Shown piece after piece: positions 1 to 12,470 of a DNA stretch of 64,000 bases. The position numbers were made by a program, and so were the translations under genes. The stretch is from the NCBI GenBank assembly GCA_951406725.2, contig OX597815.1, positions 156,488,001 to 156,552,000 on the forward strand. The letters are read 5' to 3'. Origin of the DNA: Octopus vulgaris (Eukaryota). Each line of letters begins with the position of its first letter. Position 1 is the first letter of the stretch. A model generated the notes under the pieces. That model had not been told where the DNA came from, did not search any database, and saw only the letters and a program-made list of their open reading frames with translations.

Positions 1-402
1 TCAAAGGTATCTGACGGACCTCTGGGTCTCTAATCTGTTGCCGGTGTACACGTGAGCGTTCTAATAGTGCGTTTCCCGTCTGACCTACATATATTTCTTC
101 ACAATTTGGGCATTTGATGCAGTAAATTAAATTTCTGCTTTTGCAGTTCATATTCGCGTTTGTGAATATTTTCCCGGTTTTTGTGTTTATATATTGACCG
201 GTATGTATGAATTGGCATGTGCCACATCGGCTATCATTGCATTTAGATACCGTGAATGTTTGGTCTTTGTTGCTGAGGTCAAATTTTGCCTTTGTTAGTA
301 ATGTTTTCAAGTTTTTTAGGCTGTCTTTTACTAAGCACCATAGCTCGATCCTTGATTATGTCTTTTAATTCATTACTTTGGGCAATGATTGGTAGGTTTG
401 CT
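1..402 (-). mobile_element. Penelope-like element fragment, inverted copy of 403-786, running off the window start
   Basis: 1-385 is the reverse complement of 403-786 (one extra T in a T-run noted). The 17-nt spacer 386-402 continues the minus-strand frame (ANLPIIAQSNELKDIIK). Confidence 0.9.
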
Positions 403-446
403 TTGCCCAAAGTAATGAATTAAAAGACATAATCAAGGATCGAGCT

Positions 447-926
447 ATGGTGCTTAGTAAAAGACAGCCTAAAAACTTGAAAACATTACTAACAAAGGCA
501 AAATTTGACCTCAGCAACAAAGACCAAACATTCACGGTATCTAAATGCAATGATAGCCGATGTGGCACATGCCAATTCATACATACCGGTCAATATATAA
601 ACACAAAAACCGGGAAAATATTCACAAACGCGAATATGAACTGCAAAAGCAGAAATTTAATTTACTGCATCAAATGCCCAAATTGTGAAGAAATATATGT
701 AGGTCAGACGGGAAACGCACTATTAGAACGCTCACGTGTACACCGGCAACAGATTAGAGACCCAGAGGTCCGTCAGATACCTTTGAGTAACCACCTAGCA
801 ACATGTGGTCGGAAAATATATATAATATTTCCATTCTACAAATTACACAGCCCAAGTGAAATCGAGAGGAAAATCAGAGAAAAGAATTTTATTGATAAAT
901 TCGAACCCAAGCTAAATAAGCAATAA
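447..926 (+). CDS. C-terminal GIY-YIG endonuclease of a PLE polyprotein (partial)
   Basis: CNDSRCGTC linker, NLIYCIKCPNCEEIYVGQTG (GIY-YIG with CxxC), R..VHRQQI, NHL..C, ERKIREKNFIDKFEPKLN. Confidence 0.9.
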   Translation: MVLSKRQPKNLKTLLTKAKFDLSNKDQTFTVSKCNDSRCGTCQFIHTGQYINTKTGKIFTNANMNCKSRNLIYCIKCPNCEEIYVGQTGNALLERSRVHRQQIRDPEVRQIPLSNHLATCGRKIYIIFPFYKLHSPSEIERKIREKNFIDKFEPKLNKQ

Positions 927-1420
927 TAATAATACTTAGAGGTATTACTTCCACTGCTACGACCATGACCACTAACAACAACAACAATACTAAAGGTGAT
1001 CAAGACGAAGATAGCAGGAAAATTATCTTATTTAGGGTTAAAAGTTCTATTGCCACCACCATCACCACTAGCAACAATAATTAAGGTGCTGACAATGATG
1101 ATGATGACAATTGAAATATAAAAATATAAAAATCTCTCACAAAGGATATTTACAACATTTCTAAAAATAACCCAACAATTGCTGCTTCGGCCAGGGTCAA
1201 GATACAGGACTCTTGACCTGTCCAACAAAGCGTGATGCCTAAACCAATCAGCTCAACCAACCAATCAGCTTAAGTAATTGAGTGATACTACACACTGATT
1301 GGTCAGAATACAGTTTGCAAAACCTAGCACTCTGGAGCCTACCCAGCTGTATTTATAGCACAGAATCACTCATCTTGCTACAGTCAAAAATTGTGAAGCA
1401 TGACTGTCAACACTACTACA

Positions 1421-1465
1421 TGAACCCGAAGATTGCAGAATTCAATGCATGAAAGTACTAGTTCA
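1421..1465 (+). ncRNA. Type I hammerhead ribozyme, minimal, CCGAAGA core variant
   Basis: tgaac-CCGAAGA-t tgca gaattcaa tgca t-GAAA-gtac-TA-gttca. Stem I tgaac/gttca, stem II tgca/tgca, palindromic stem III AGTACT. Confidence 0.75.
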
Positions 1466-1592
1466 ATCAGAATGAATATTTAACATTCTACTATTTCATT
1501 TTATTTTATTCAATTATAATATATTATCTTATAATATATCATTATAAGATTGTAAATAAAACGTGAAAATCAGACAAGGTTGGAATTCTTTT

Positions 1593-1646
<54 letters not shown>

Positions 1647-1649
1647 ATA

Positions 1650-1830
1650 TAGTTAATCCAAACATGAAAACACAAAGAGAAAACACAACGCGAGGACGTG
1701 GAACAAGTATAGTGTTATTGGACGGTCAGGAAAGGAAAGAAAGAAGGAGAATTTAATGTTTGGAGCGGAGCACTTGGTCAGAAACATTGGATAAGGAAAG
1801 ATCCAAGCAAGGGATCCGTTAAGTTGCGGG
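1650..1830 (-). mobile_element. PLE-like 3' tail with decayed hammerhead (1751-1787)
   Basis: Minus strand reads gttt-CTGACCA-agtgctccgctc-CAAA-cat-taaat, i.e. CUGANGA and GAAA each with one substitution. It ends at the same microsatellite as the upstream PLE. Confidence 0.5.
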
Positions 1831-2333
1831 AAATAAGCAAATCAATAACAGTTATCCAGCGGTGTTGGGTAGACAAACACAGACACAAAGTGACACACGT
1901 ACGAAGGTATATACGGGCTTCCACGCAGTTCCACTCACAGGGCACTGCTCTACTCGAGGCTATCGTAGAAGACACTTTCCCGATGTTCCACTAAATAAGA
2001 CTGAACGCCAAGCAACGTGGCTGCAAAGCGAGTCCCAAACACACAGCTAGCTATGCTTGATTATATTTATGCGAATTTCTCTTTTAATCTAACGACGCCT
2101 ATTTTATATCTTTATTATTATGCCTTTATTATCATTATTACATATCTTCTTTGTTTTCTTAATTTTATTAGTCTTGTTTACACGCAAAGCCCTCACGACT
2201 TCACACACTCACATACATACACACACACGTTTTGGTTAGTTCTGTACTGTCCATAATGTTTGTCTTCATGTAAACCCTTGTGCTTAATAAAGAAATTATT
2301 ATGACATGTCTTTATTATCATTTTATACGTTAG

Positions 2334-3609
2334 AAATCCTGCCGCTTGTGAATAATCTCGACTGCCATTCCATTCTACAACTAGAATGGAAGAGGAGATA
2401 CGAGAAAGGTAATTTATTTTATAAAATCCTAGTGTTTTGCAAACGTCTGTCACCATTTCAAGGCAATACGGTATGATTTGAGGAATTTTCTGGCTGAGAT
2501 TTGTAGTTGGTCAACTGACAGCGTAAAGGGTCTCTCGTTGTTCTCCAAAATCACTCGAATATAAGGACTTCGGACTGGATGTCTTGTAGCATTTGTTCTG
2601 TTTTTTATGTGTTCTGTGTGCAAATCCTTTCACAGTCTACTTCCCAGAAGACTTAATTCGTCTCCTGGTTTTACAAAATCATCCCTACACACCTTGGGTA
2701 TTTTTAACCAAGTATTCTGTTGCTAGCATTCGAGTCAGTTTTCCATCTCGAGAGTATCTTTGTTCCCGCTCTTTTGTCTCAGAGGCTCTGTGAAGGGTCA
2801 TGAGCGCCACTTTCTCCTCTGATAAAGAAAACAAAAATAAAGCTGATCGATCTGCTTCTTTGTTTCAGTATTACATTTTCTTCTGCACATTACTTCATTG
2901 ATATTAATTCTCATGATAAGTCTTTCCATTTGTAAATACAGCTTCCATGTTTGAAGATATGTAGTTGACAACGAAGTAAAGCTAACTTTGATTTACTCCG
3001 GGTTTTTTTTTTCTTATAATTTCCATGTCAACAACGTTAAAGACAAATTAAGCCATTGACTCGCAGTTTTGTTTTGCAGCACCCACATTTATCTATTTGT
3101 ATTACTTTCTTTTTTCCTTCATTCTTTCTTTCTTTCTTTCGTTCTGTCTGTCCTTTTTGTGATTGTGCTTACAGAGGTTGTCTATTACAGCTTTATATTC
3201 CATTTTACCGTGATTGTGTTTACAAAGATTGTCCATTACCACCTTATATTGTTTTGGTACACAAATTACCACAAGCTTTAGTATGTTGCCTTGTAGTGTT
3301 TGTTTGTTTTTCTCCCCGACTTTCTCAACAGCTAAACTCGTTTTCTCCCCTCCCCCCAGTGTGTCCGTTTGTGTAACTCAGGCTGTACATAACCATGATT
3401 TTCTGCAGACACCCATCGTAAGGATAACACTGTAAATGTTTTCAAAAGAGGTAATATATTTCTGTAGTCTACAATTTCTAATATTCAAGACTTGAAATAC
3501 AAGCCCATAAAATGCTATCATTATTCCTGTACTTAATTATGCACATCTATATTCGTATTTACCCATCAGACACCTGAACCGTTACACATTTCTTTCCCCA
3601 CATATACAC

Positions 3610-3685
<76 letters not shown>

Positions 3686-3819
3686 ATCTATCTCAAATTT
3701 TTTCTCAGTAACCTCCATGATCATTTTCAGGTTATCTGAGACAGATAAGAAAGAGAGAGGAAGCTGTTCTGAGAACGAATCCCAGCTCCGAATACATGCA
3801 ACGGAGTGGACGCCGTTAA
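2334..3819 (+). other. Candidate phase-1 exon chain (2334-2408, 3409-3450, 3731-3819) encoding a peptide-precursor-like C-terminus
   Basis: AG/GT-bounded 75- and 42-nt segments plus a ttttcag acceptor join in frame: ILPLVNNLDCHSILQLEWKRRYEK-DTHRKDNTVNVFKR-GYLRQIRKREEAVLRTNPSSEYMQRSGRR*. No start exon identified. Confidence 0.3.
3610..3681. repeat. (CT)n microsatellite
   Basis: Direct reading. Confidence 0.95.
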
Positions 3820-5505
3820 AGTCACTCATGGGTCAGGTGGGGGTGTTAATCCGTGTAGCGGATTAAGTCTACCATCAAAAGAAATCCTTTTACCAGTTAT
3901 TTATCAGTTTGATCCATAACTTCTATTTCTTTTTTTCTTTTCTTTGTTTTTGGTCTTCCTACGGATAACCTATTCGTCTAAAGATGCATTTGCTCCTTTT
4001 CCTAATCCGATTTGTGCAGTCATTTGGGAAAATGACTATTTCTTAGCTGATGTTTCTTTCAAGTCTTTGATCTTTAGTTTAACTTGTTTGTATTCGTTTT
4101 ACTTATTAACATGATTTATTACTTTTCAAATCAAGTTCGCGATATACTTGCATGGATCTTATTTCTGCTCTATATTATTTCCTCATAGTGTACAATGTCA
4201 GTTTGTCTTTCGAATATTTATGTTTTAAATTGGTGCAAAGCCAAAACCAATTTTGAAAGTGGAAGGCACTATCGTTTTGATTCACTAAATAACAGGTACG
4301 CATTTTATTGATTCCTGATAGATGAAAGGCAAAGATAAAAAGAATCTTTTTTTCTCCTAAAACACTCTCCTAGATACATTGCTTCTTATATCCCCAGCAT
4401 TTCATGCTTCAAACTTCCAACAAAGATCAAGATAGATGCATCTCTGGGATGCTGCTGCTGTTCTACATGCAAATATCTTCAACGACATATCCTCTAAAAA
4501 GCAGAAAGACAGAAAAAAAGTCATATAACTGATCCTCCCTTGCTTACATACTCCATTCTTCACCTCAGTGATATGCTGTCTCTTCACTTTAACCTTTCAA
4601 CTATGTCAGCTGCCTCTTCTCTTCCACGGTTAACTGATCCAGTGTTACCTCCCTTCAAGCCCTCCCAACTCACTTGTATCTCTTCCCGTAGCCCAAATTC
4701 TATCCACCCTTGACTACCAGGCTTTGCATTAACATTATTCCTCATTCTTTTATATCCATACTGACATCCTTCTGAAACTTTTTTCTGCAGTTTCAAAATT
4801 GCTCAAAGGAATAGTAACTTCATCGGTATCACTTGCCTCCGTAAACCAACGAAAGCCCTGTCATAAATGCTAGTGTTGTACTGCTTCTAACTCGTGTATT
4901 ATCCATAATTTTATTTTATTACTGGTTAGTTTGGAAAATAAGTGCAGTATCCGTAACTTTTGCTGGGTCTCTGAGATTACTGTTGTATAATCAAGAAATT
5001 ACGGCCTGTGGGCTTATTACAGTGGAAAAAGCCCGATGTTCTAAAGAGTTTTTTTCTTAAACAAACTGAAAGCTTTCAGACCAGAAGCTCTGCTAATCAT
5101 ACTGTCGAAATAATCAGTTTGTCAAAGTAGGCAATTGATCAGATCTAACTCTCAATAATAGGTACAAGCTTTCGAACATAATATACAATGCAAGTAACAA
5201 TATAATGAAGTGTTATATTTTTCACCCCTCAATTTGACCCAGTGTCCTACTTTTGATCATCACTTGTATCGTGCTTCTTTTAATTTGTCATTCTACAAAA
5301 TAACTCTTCAACCCGCCTCTGCTTTTCTCTTTGTTTCTAATCAGTTACACAGCAAATTAACCAGTTACTTTATTATTTTTTTCCAGTTGCTAATTTTCAA
5401 GCTTGCTTCCGTTATGTCTTCCATACTTATATCATACTAATTATTATACAATGCTACAATGTTCTGTACATTTTAAAGACTATTCACAATTCACTAATCA
5501 TACCT

Positions 5506-5518
5506 CATATATATATAT

Positions 5519-5584
<66 letters not shown>

Positions 5585-5640
5585 TTATCTGTGTGTGCGC
5601 GTGTGTATGTGTGTGCGTGTGTGTGCGTTTGTGCGTGTGT
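5506..5640. repeat. (TA)n then (TG)n microsatellite
   Basis: Direct reading. Confidence 0.95.
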
Positions 5641-8166
5641 ATCTAGAGAGACAGAGAGTGAAAGAATGGAGAAGAGAGAAAGAGAAAGAGATACATAAGT
5701 AGATAGATTAGATAAACTTTATTCACAAAATTTGCGAGTTGTAATCTTCCACACTTAACCATTGCTTTCTCGCTTCCATTTATTCCATTTTCAGAATTTG
5801 ACGCTATATCTTAAAACAGAATAATTACTAACCAGAATGTTCACTAAAAATGACAGTCTCTACTCTTTCTCTTGCGACAAAATAATATACATCTCTTCTG
5901 TTTTCATGTTCAGTGGCTGTTAATATTGAATGTTCAAATTCATATTGTTATGATTTATCTTCGATTTGAGTCTAGTTTCCGACTTATTATATTAATTTTT
6001 CATGTTATCTCTTCCTATGTTGTACGATTCTATCACGTTCGTCTATCTTTTTCGTTCTGAATTTTATATTACTTTGTTATTAGGGAAATACATATTTTGT
6101 TGTACAAATTGTTTCTGTATTATTATCAAAACTCCACAAATGTATATTGTGAATTCCATCACAAATTCCTTGAAACCCCTTTATAATTCTTGCTTTAAGT
6201 AGTTTCTTTTATATTCGTTCATTGCCAAAAGTTTCACGTCATCCTTAAATATTTTTGGTAGTTTTCTGTATTTATATAATTATAATTTTCTTTTGTTGTT
6301 GCTGTTGGAGCTTTAATTTACGTATCTCAAAATACAAAATCACCAAACTATTCTCTGTAGACAATAAGATTTCACTGAAGTTTTCTTGTTTGTAACCTCA
6401 AGTCTGATTTGGTTGAGAAGACTTATGAACATAAGCATTTCATTTGTGACTATCCTGCTTGCTTTTAGCCAAAATGTATCTGGTAATCTGGTTCCTCCAG
6501 CTTCATAGCAATGTACCACAGACATGATGTACACAGAATGAGAGTAGTCAACGCGTTATTCATTTTTAGGAGGGTTGGGAAGATCTGGGGTCTTGGTGGT
6601 TTTCGTCACTGTTTACAATTGTACTCCAAATGTTTTCAAATTTCGTACATTGATTATGTTTTGTATACTAATTATGAAAATAAAATTCATTTTTCCTATA
6701 AATTCACAATTAAAAAGTTATTGGTTTTTAAACTTTGCAAAATTTGGGTATTTTAGCCAATCAGAAGCGAGTATTTTACACATCACCGTGGCGAAAAATT
6801 CTGTTTCCATACTAACCAAAGATGCACAAGGAAGAGGAGATACGAGAAAGGTAATTTATTTTATAAAATCCTACAGTGTTTTGCAAACTTTCATTTTTGA
6901 ATTTTTAAAACTAATAAACGTCTGTTTTAAACAATGTTTCGACTGTTATTTCTAGCAACTCCTGTTGGTTTGTTTTTACCATAGCTTTTAAATATTTAAT
7001 TTACTCGCGGATGTTTTAATGTTAACTTTGCTCGTGTATATTTTAACGTTTTGATTGTTATTTCTAGCAATGTTTTGACATGCCGATACCCCCACCCCAC
7101 TCTTTCCGATGATGGAAGAGGCAGTGGACTCGCTGTTTTGGGGATTGGCCGAAAATTCTGAAAATTATCAAATTTTGATCACAATTTTTTTCTGGAATAA
7201 ATGAGTAACAAATTCGGATTCAGCGTCAAAAATTACACCTATATGATGCATTAAAAATATTTTTAAAAATATAATTGTAAACAGTGATAAAAACCCATAA
7301 AGATCCAAGATTTGATAAAGATTTGTCGCCTGGAGTCGAATATCCTCTTTCCCAGGATGAGTTTCGTTAATATTTAGCTTCTCTTCATACTCACAACACA
7401 CACACACACACGCATATAGAACACCGTTTAAAATATTTGTATCACTATTTCTCATGCTGATACACATCAAATGTCTTCCGTTTCTACTGTTCACTATACA
7501 CATGTGATTCCTCGTTGGTTCGATTTTGCATAGCATTTTTCTTTGGTAAGAGCTGCAAAGACTTCTAGAGAAATAAAAGAGTTAACATACCAAAGTACTC
7601 ATTATTTTTTTAAAAATCACTTATGCTTTCGGTGATCATAGAGATGACAATTGATCATTATATTAAAATTTGCATAATGCGGAGAACTAAATGTCTTACG
7701 GCCGAGATTAAATTTCGCTGACATCAACTTCACAATAGAGTAAAGTACAGGCCAAATACTGGGGCAACTAAACTGACTAAATCTTCTGCAAAACATGTGG
7801 TTTTGCGCCTTTAATAGAAATCGATATTATAAGTATGGCAAGGCGGCGATCTGGTATAATCGTTACCAGTCTGAGCAAAATACTTAGCGGCATTTCGTCC
7901 GTCTTCAGGTTCTGACTTCAAATTCCGTTTGGAGTCGATAACATAAGTATCAGTTGAGTACTGTGATCCAGGAAATCTACTTAACCTCTTACCAGAATCT
8001 ACTAGCCTCGTGCTAAAATTTGAAATCAATGTTGTAAGTATGGTAAAGTATAGGACAAAATGCTGTCATACTTTTTTAAGTCTTTTTACTTTCTGAGTAC
8101 CAGGGGAATGTTTGGGTCAACAAGAACGACTGAAACTCTAATTCCGGATGAATTGTATATTTATTA

Positions 8167-8580
8167 GGCGCAGGAGAGGCTGTGTGATAAGAAGCTTACT
8201 TGCCAACCAAATGGTTCTGGCTTCAGTTTCAGTGCGCCAAACCTTGGGCTAGTGTCTTCTACTATAGCCTCGAGTCGACCAAAGCCTTGTTAATGGATTT
8301 GGTTAAAGGAAACTGAAAGAAACCCATCCTATATGTATATGTGTGAGCGTGTATCTGTGTCTATGTCTGTGTTTGCTCCCCTCCCCATCGCTTGTCAATC
8401 GATGTTGCTGTGTTTATGTTCCCGTAACTTAGCGGTTCGGCAACAAAAACCGATAGAATAAGTACTAGGCTTACAAATAATGAGCCCTGGGGTTGATTTG
8501 TTCGACTAAAGGCGGTCGGTGCTCCAGCATAGCCGCTGTCAAATAACTGAAACAAGTAAAAGCATAAAAGAATATAAATA
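8167..8580 (+). mobile_element. tRNA-derived SINE, family A (internal microsatellite), near full length
   Basis: ggcgcaggag.ggctgtgtg.taagaagct head with A/B-box-like motifs. Body is shared with copies at 18477, 27185 and partial copies near 9950, 29700, 30960, 37500, 55525/56595. Confidence 0.8.
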
Positions 8581-9017
8581 TAAGAAAACAATATTACAAG
8601 TGTAAAAACCGTGATTCCTCAGTCACCACATAGACTCCTGGAATAACTTCTAGAATCGCCAGAAGAGTCATGAAAACAAAAACGAAGAAAGTCTTCAGGT
8701 TAAACCGATGAAAGATGGTTTCAGAGTGTGGCAGGAATATCGTGGATCAATGGTTCCGTTCGATAATTTCTCATGTAAAGGATAATTTAAGTCATTTTGA
8801 ATCACTTCCATTTCAATGAGTCGCTGAGTGACATTTGCGTGGTTGCACGAACAGCAAGAATTAGGAGCCAAGTTTCCCTCTAATCACTCACAACGCTCAC
8901 ACATACACACAACACACACACACACACACATATAAACACTCACACGTAAATGGATCAATGGCTACTTGTTTATTACTCTTTGGTTGTTTGATATACGTGA
9001 GTTTTCAAAATGTGAAC

Positions 9018-9059
<42 letters not shown>

Positions 9060-9066
9060 AGTGTAG

Positions 9067-9097
<31 letters not shown>

Positions 9098-9102
<5 letters not shown>

Positions 9103-9716
9103 TAATAAGTGTAGAAATTTATATTAATTAAAACCAGTGGCTTAGCATATTTAAAAAATCCGAAGATTAAAATTTGTGTCAACTACAAAATTATGAGGAA
9201 TGACCCCTAAAGTGGACACCTAATATTCTAAACATATTTAAATATGCTAAGCCACTGGTTTTAATTTATTAATATCAATTTCTAACCTTATTATTTAATT
9301 TTAAATAAAAATGTCCTCCAACCGGTAAATTGGCTGCTGGAATTTATTAACTGCAGAGTAATTTCCGGTCTCAGCGCGCCAAAGTGAAGACATTTCAAAA
9401 ATACACCCAGACATAAAATGTAGAACTTTATACATACTCTATTTCGGTTGAGCGTTCTGTATCTAGTTCTGGAAATTGTATTTTGTAAGCGACAGACTAC
9501 GCTGACGAACTTGCAGATATCTGCGTATTTACATACGTAGATATTAACAAGTGAAACCATTACGTAGGTAATCGTTTTTTTATTTCGTATATCTCCATTT
9601 GCCTTGCTCATTTTTACGTTTTGGCGTCTTGCTAAGATATTTCTTGAGGACACACTCTTCGTGGTAATGGCGATTTGACGTCTTTGTTTAGTATTTTAGG
9701 TCATTCCTCTTAATTT

Positions 9717-9720
<4 letters not shown>
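9098..9720 (+). mobile_element. ORF-less hammerhead-bearing element (PLE pseudo-LTR/retrozyme-like) with an inverted partial copy at its left end
   Basis: Flanked by (TA)n on both sides. Inverted pairs 9098-9155/9237-9298 and 9184-9211/9694-9720. HHR at 9497-9567. Confidence 0.7.
9497..9567 (+). ncRNA. Type I hammerhead ribozyme with long stem II
   Basis: ctacg-CTGACGA-acttg...atatctgcgtat ttac atacgtagatat...caagt-GAAA-ccat-TA-cgtag. Canonical core, 5-bp stem I, extended stem II, weak stem III. Confidence 0.8.
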
Positions 9721-9754
<34 letters not shown>

Positions 9755-9859
9755 TCATCTATTTGTTATGTCATGCTTTGCATTAATAAATAAGCTATAA
9801 ATGTGGCCCAATCGATGCGTTTGTTAATCTAAGTTTTTCTTTATTTTCTGATTATTTGC

Positions 9860-9909
<50 letters not shown>

Positions 9910-10169
9910 TTTACATGTTTCAGTTTTTAAAAGGGAACTATATATATTCTGTATTCTTTTTACTTCCTTTAGTCACTTGACTATAGCCATGCTGGAGCAC
10001 CGCTGCTGAACCGCTAAGTTGTTGCGAGGACGTAAATAAACCAGTATCGGTTGTCAAGCGATGGTGGTGGGGACAAACAGACTCAAACACACACACACAT
10101 AATTATATATACATATACTACGACGGGCTTCTGTCAGTTTCCATCAACCAAATCCACTCACAAGGCTGG

Positions 10170-11646
10170 CTTGGAAATGGTTTCTTCCATGGATAGAAGA
10201 CAATCATGCAGAAGATGTGCCTCACCCAGCAAAGACAATGAAGGTCATCGTCAAAGCAGTGTCTGTCAGGTGTCCCTCCAAGAGGTTCTTGGAAATGAGT
10301 CTTGCACAAGGATCTTGGAGCTGTTTCAAACCTACCTTGAATCCCTTAGATGCGTGGACAGTCTGTCGGCTTTGTGCATGACATACATAGAGATGGTGGA
10401 GATCATGCTTGGCCTAATACGTGCTTCCACAGAAGGTGATCCGATCCTCCATCTTGTGTCCATCCGAAAGATGATCCCATGGTGTTTTGCCTTTGACAAA
10501 GTGAACTATACACGATTCTTGACCTACTACTATGCAATGATGTTTCGACTCCACACTAACCATCCTGAAGTCCATGCACACTTCATGAATGGTGATTTCG
10601 CAGTCCGGATTGGAGAACTAAATCAAATTGGACGTATACCAGTGGACCAAACAATCGAAGAGACAGTTAACAAGGACACCTAAACTCCTGGTGGCATGAA
10701 AGGTTTCATTCTGAAAGCTGAAGCAGTGGCTAGGTTCTGCTTAACCTCAGAGTATCGGAACTCATACTTGCGGCGACTGAGACACACAACAGCGGGAGGA
10801 AAGCACGAGTCCTTGAATATCCTTGACATCAATAAGTCAAGGATCAAGAAAGATGAAGCGTATATCCAGTCCTTTGTCCGGCTCATGGAGGCAAGTTGGC
10901 TAAACCCATTCAAACCTGAGAATGGGGATCTTGTGAGCTAGTCCTGTGCTACTGCAGCACCACCAAACATAGAAAATATCTAAATGGAGAGGAATCATAC
11001 TAGGTCTTCAGACAAGGACGTGTCGAAGCTGATGTGCCATCTGAAAAATACATGATAAGATGATTAACATGAAATTGAAAACTTTCTCGGACATCAGGGA
11101 GAAACCAAGGATGTGGTTTTGGAAGCTGACTGGGACTTGTTTGGTCACATGATCCTGGTAGCAGAACACAGAAAACTACATATGTCCGATGTACTGGCTC
11201 ATCTTTTGGGCCCTCTACCATTTGCAGATGCTAATGGTGATGGCACTCTTCGTAAGACCAACAAAACACTCCTAGCTAGAGAGTTAAGGAAGAATGTTGC
11301 CCCAGCAGAAATCCTTCGAAGTTCGTTAGCAATATTTATTGATGGGATGAGCTTGGTCCAGAGACTGAAGGGAAGTGAAAAGACTTTCTCGCAGACCTCA
11401 GAGTCATTGATGACACACGACCTCCACGAAGGAGCCCGGATTTATCGTATTGATGTTGACTTTTATGTTTATAAGGAAACATCCATAAAAAATGCAAAAA
11501 GGATTAACAGGGCATCAGAAACAGGAATCCAGTTCAGAAGAATAGCACCTGGGCACACTATCGAGCAATGGCGTAAGTTTCTCAGCAGCCTCCCCTCCTA
11601 CACATACACACAACAAAGCAATTTTGATAGAGTTTCTGGTGGATGA
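10170..11646 (+). pseudogene. Decayed Academ-like DNA transposon protein (transposase plus XPG-like region)
   Basis: Broken ORFs 10051-10683, 10696-10941 and 11113-11646 with motifs LGLIRASTEGD..LHL..IRKMIPWCFAFDKVNYTRFL, IPVDQTIEETVNKD, LGPLPFADANGDGTLRKTNK, FIDGMSLVQ, RIDVDF..Y...SIKNA. Family call from memory. Confidence 0.65.
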
Positions 11647-12130
11647 GCGTCAACATGTAATTTCCTTTAGTAATTTTCTTTTTCATTTGGAGCAAAACAA
11701 TATAACATTGGCACTGGTTCGGTATTTCGTGTTAAAAATGAAAGAATAAGATTTATATTGTAATGCCATATAATATTGTTTCACTTTTCATCTTTCATTT
11801 TTCATTTTAAACCTATAATGTTGTTTCACTTTTATTCTTTCACTTTTGATTCTATAGTGATACATAAATGAAAAATTTACATCGTAATGTGAACAACATT
11901 ATGCATCGGGAACTTTCTGTCTTTATCGCCATGGTGGCGGAAAGTGTATCAGTGTATGTGTGTTGACTGACATAACGAACGTCTGGAGGTGAAACTCTTG
12001 ACCAAAAAACAATTAGGCGGCAGGTACAAGGTATATAGAAACAAAACACATTTACCATTCAATTACCAGTTCATAATTATCGCAACAGTTGCAAAGTATT
12101 TACAATTACATATTAACCACTAAATTAATG

Positions 12131-12470
12131 GAGTCTCAATAAAGAAGGGAGATGAGACTTTCCCAAGATCAGCAAACACAGTCAGCAGCACATCAAACAG
12201 GCGTTTCAAGACAGAAGCGAGATGAGACTTTTTCAAGATCAGCAAACTCATGCTGCAGCACATTAGATGGAATCTCATGAGAGAAGGGAAAGGAGACTTT
12301 CCCAACATCAGCTAAGACATGCTGCAACACTTCAGATTGGAGTCTGAAGAGAGAAACGAGTTGAACTTTCCCAAGATCAGCAAATGCATGCTGCTGCATA
12401 TCAAATGGAGTTTCAATACAGAAGTAAGATAAGACTTTCCTAAGATCAGCAAAGGTATGCTGCAACAGTT
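12131..12470 (+). repeat. About five ~69-bp coding-type tandem repeats upstream of the Helitron zinc finger
   Basis: Recurrent gagactttcccaagatcagcaaa...catgctgcagcacat, consensus peptide about ESQERREMRLSQDQQRHAAAHQM. Confidence 0.8.

Larger units (their letters stand above)
403..1596 (+). mobile_element. 5'-truncated Penelope-like retroelement (Neptune-like) with 3' UTR/pseudo-LTR
   Basis: GIY-YIG ORF, then UTR, hammerhead motif and AT-rich tail ending at a (TA)n(TG)n microsatellite. Confidence 0.85.

Noticed and set aside
12131-12470. Regularly spaced repeats as a CRISPR-like array
   Set aside because: The whole 69-bp unit repeats with no unique spacers, and it lies upstream of Helitron coding sequence in a eukaryotic context.
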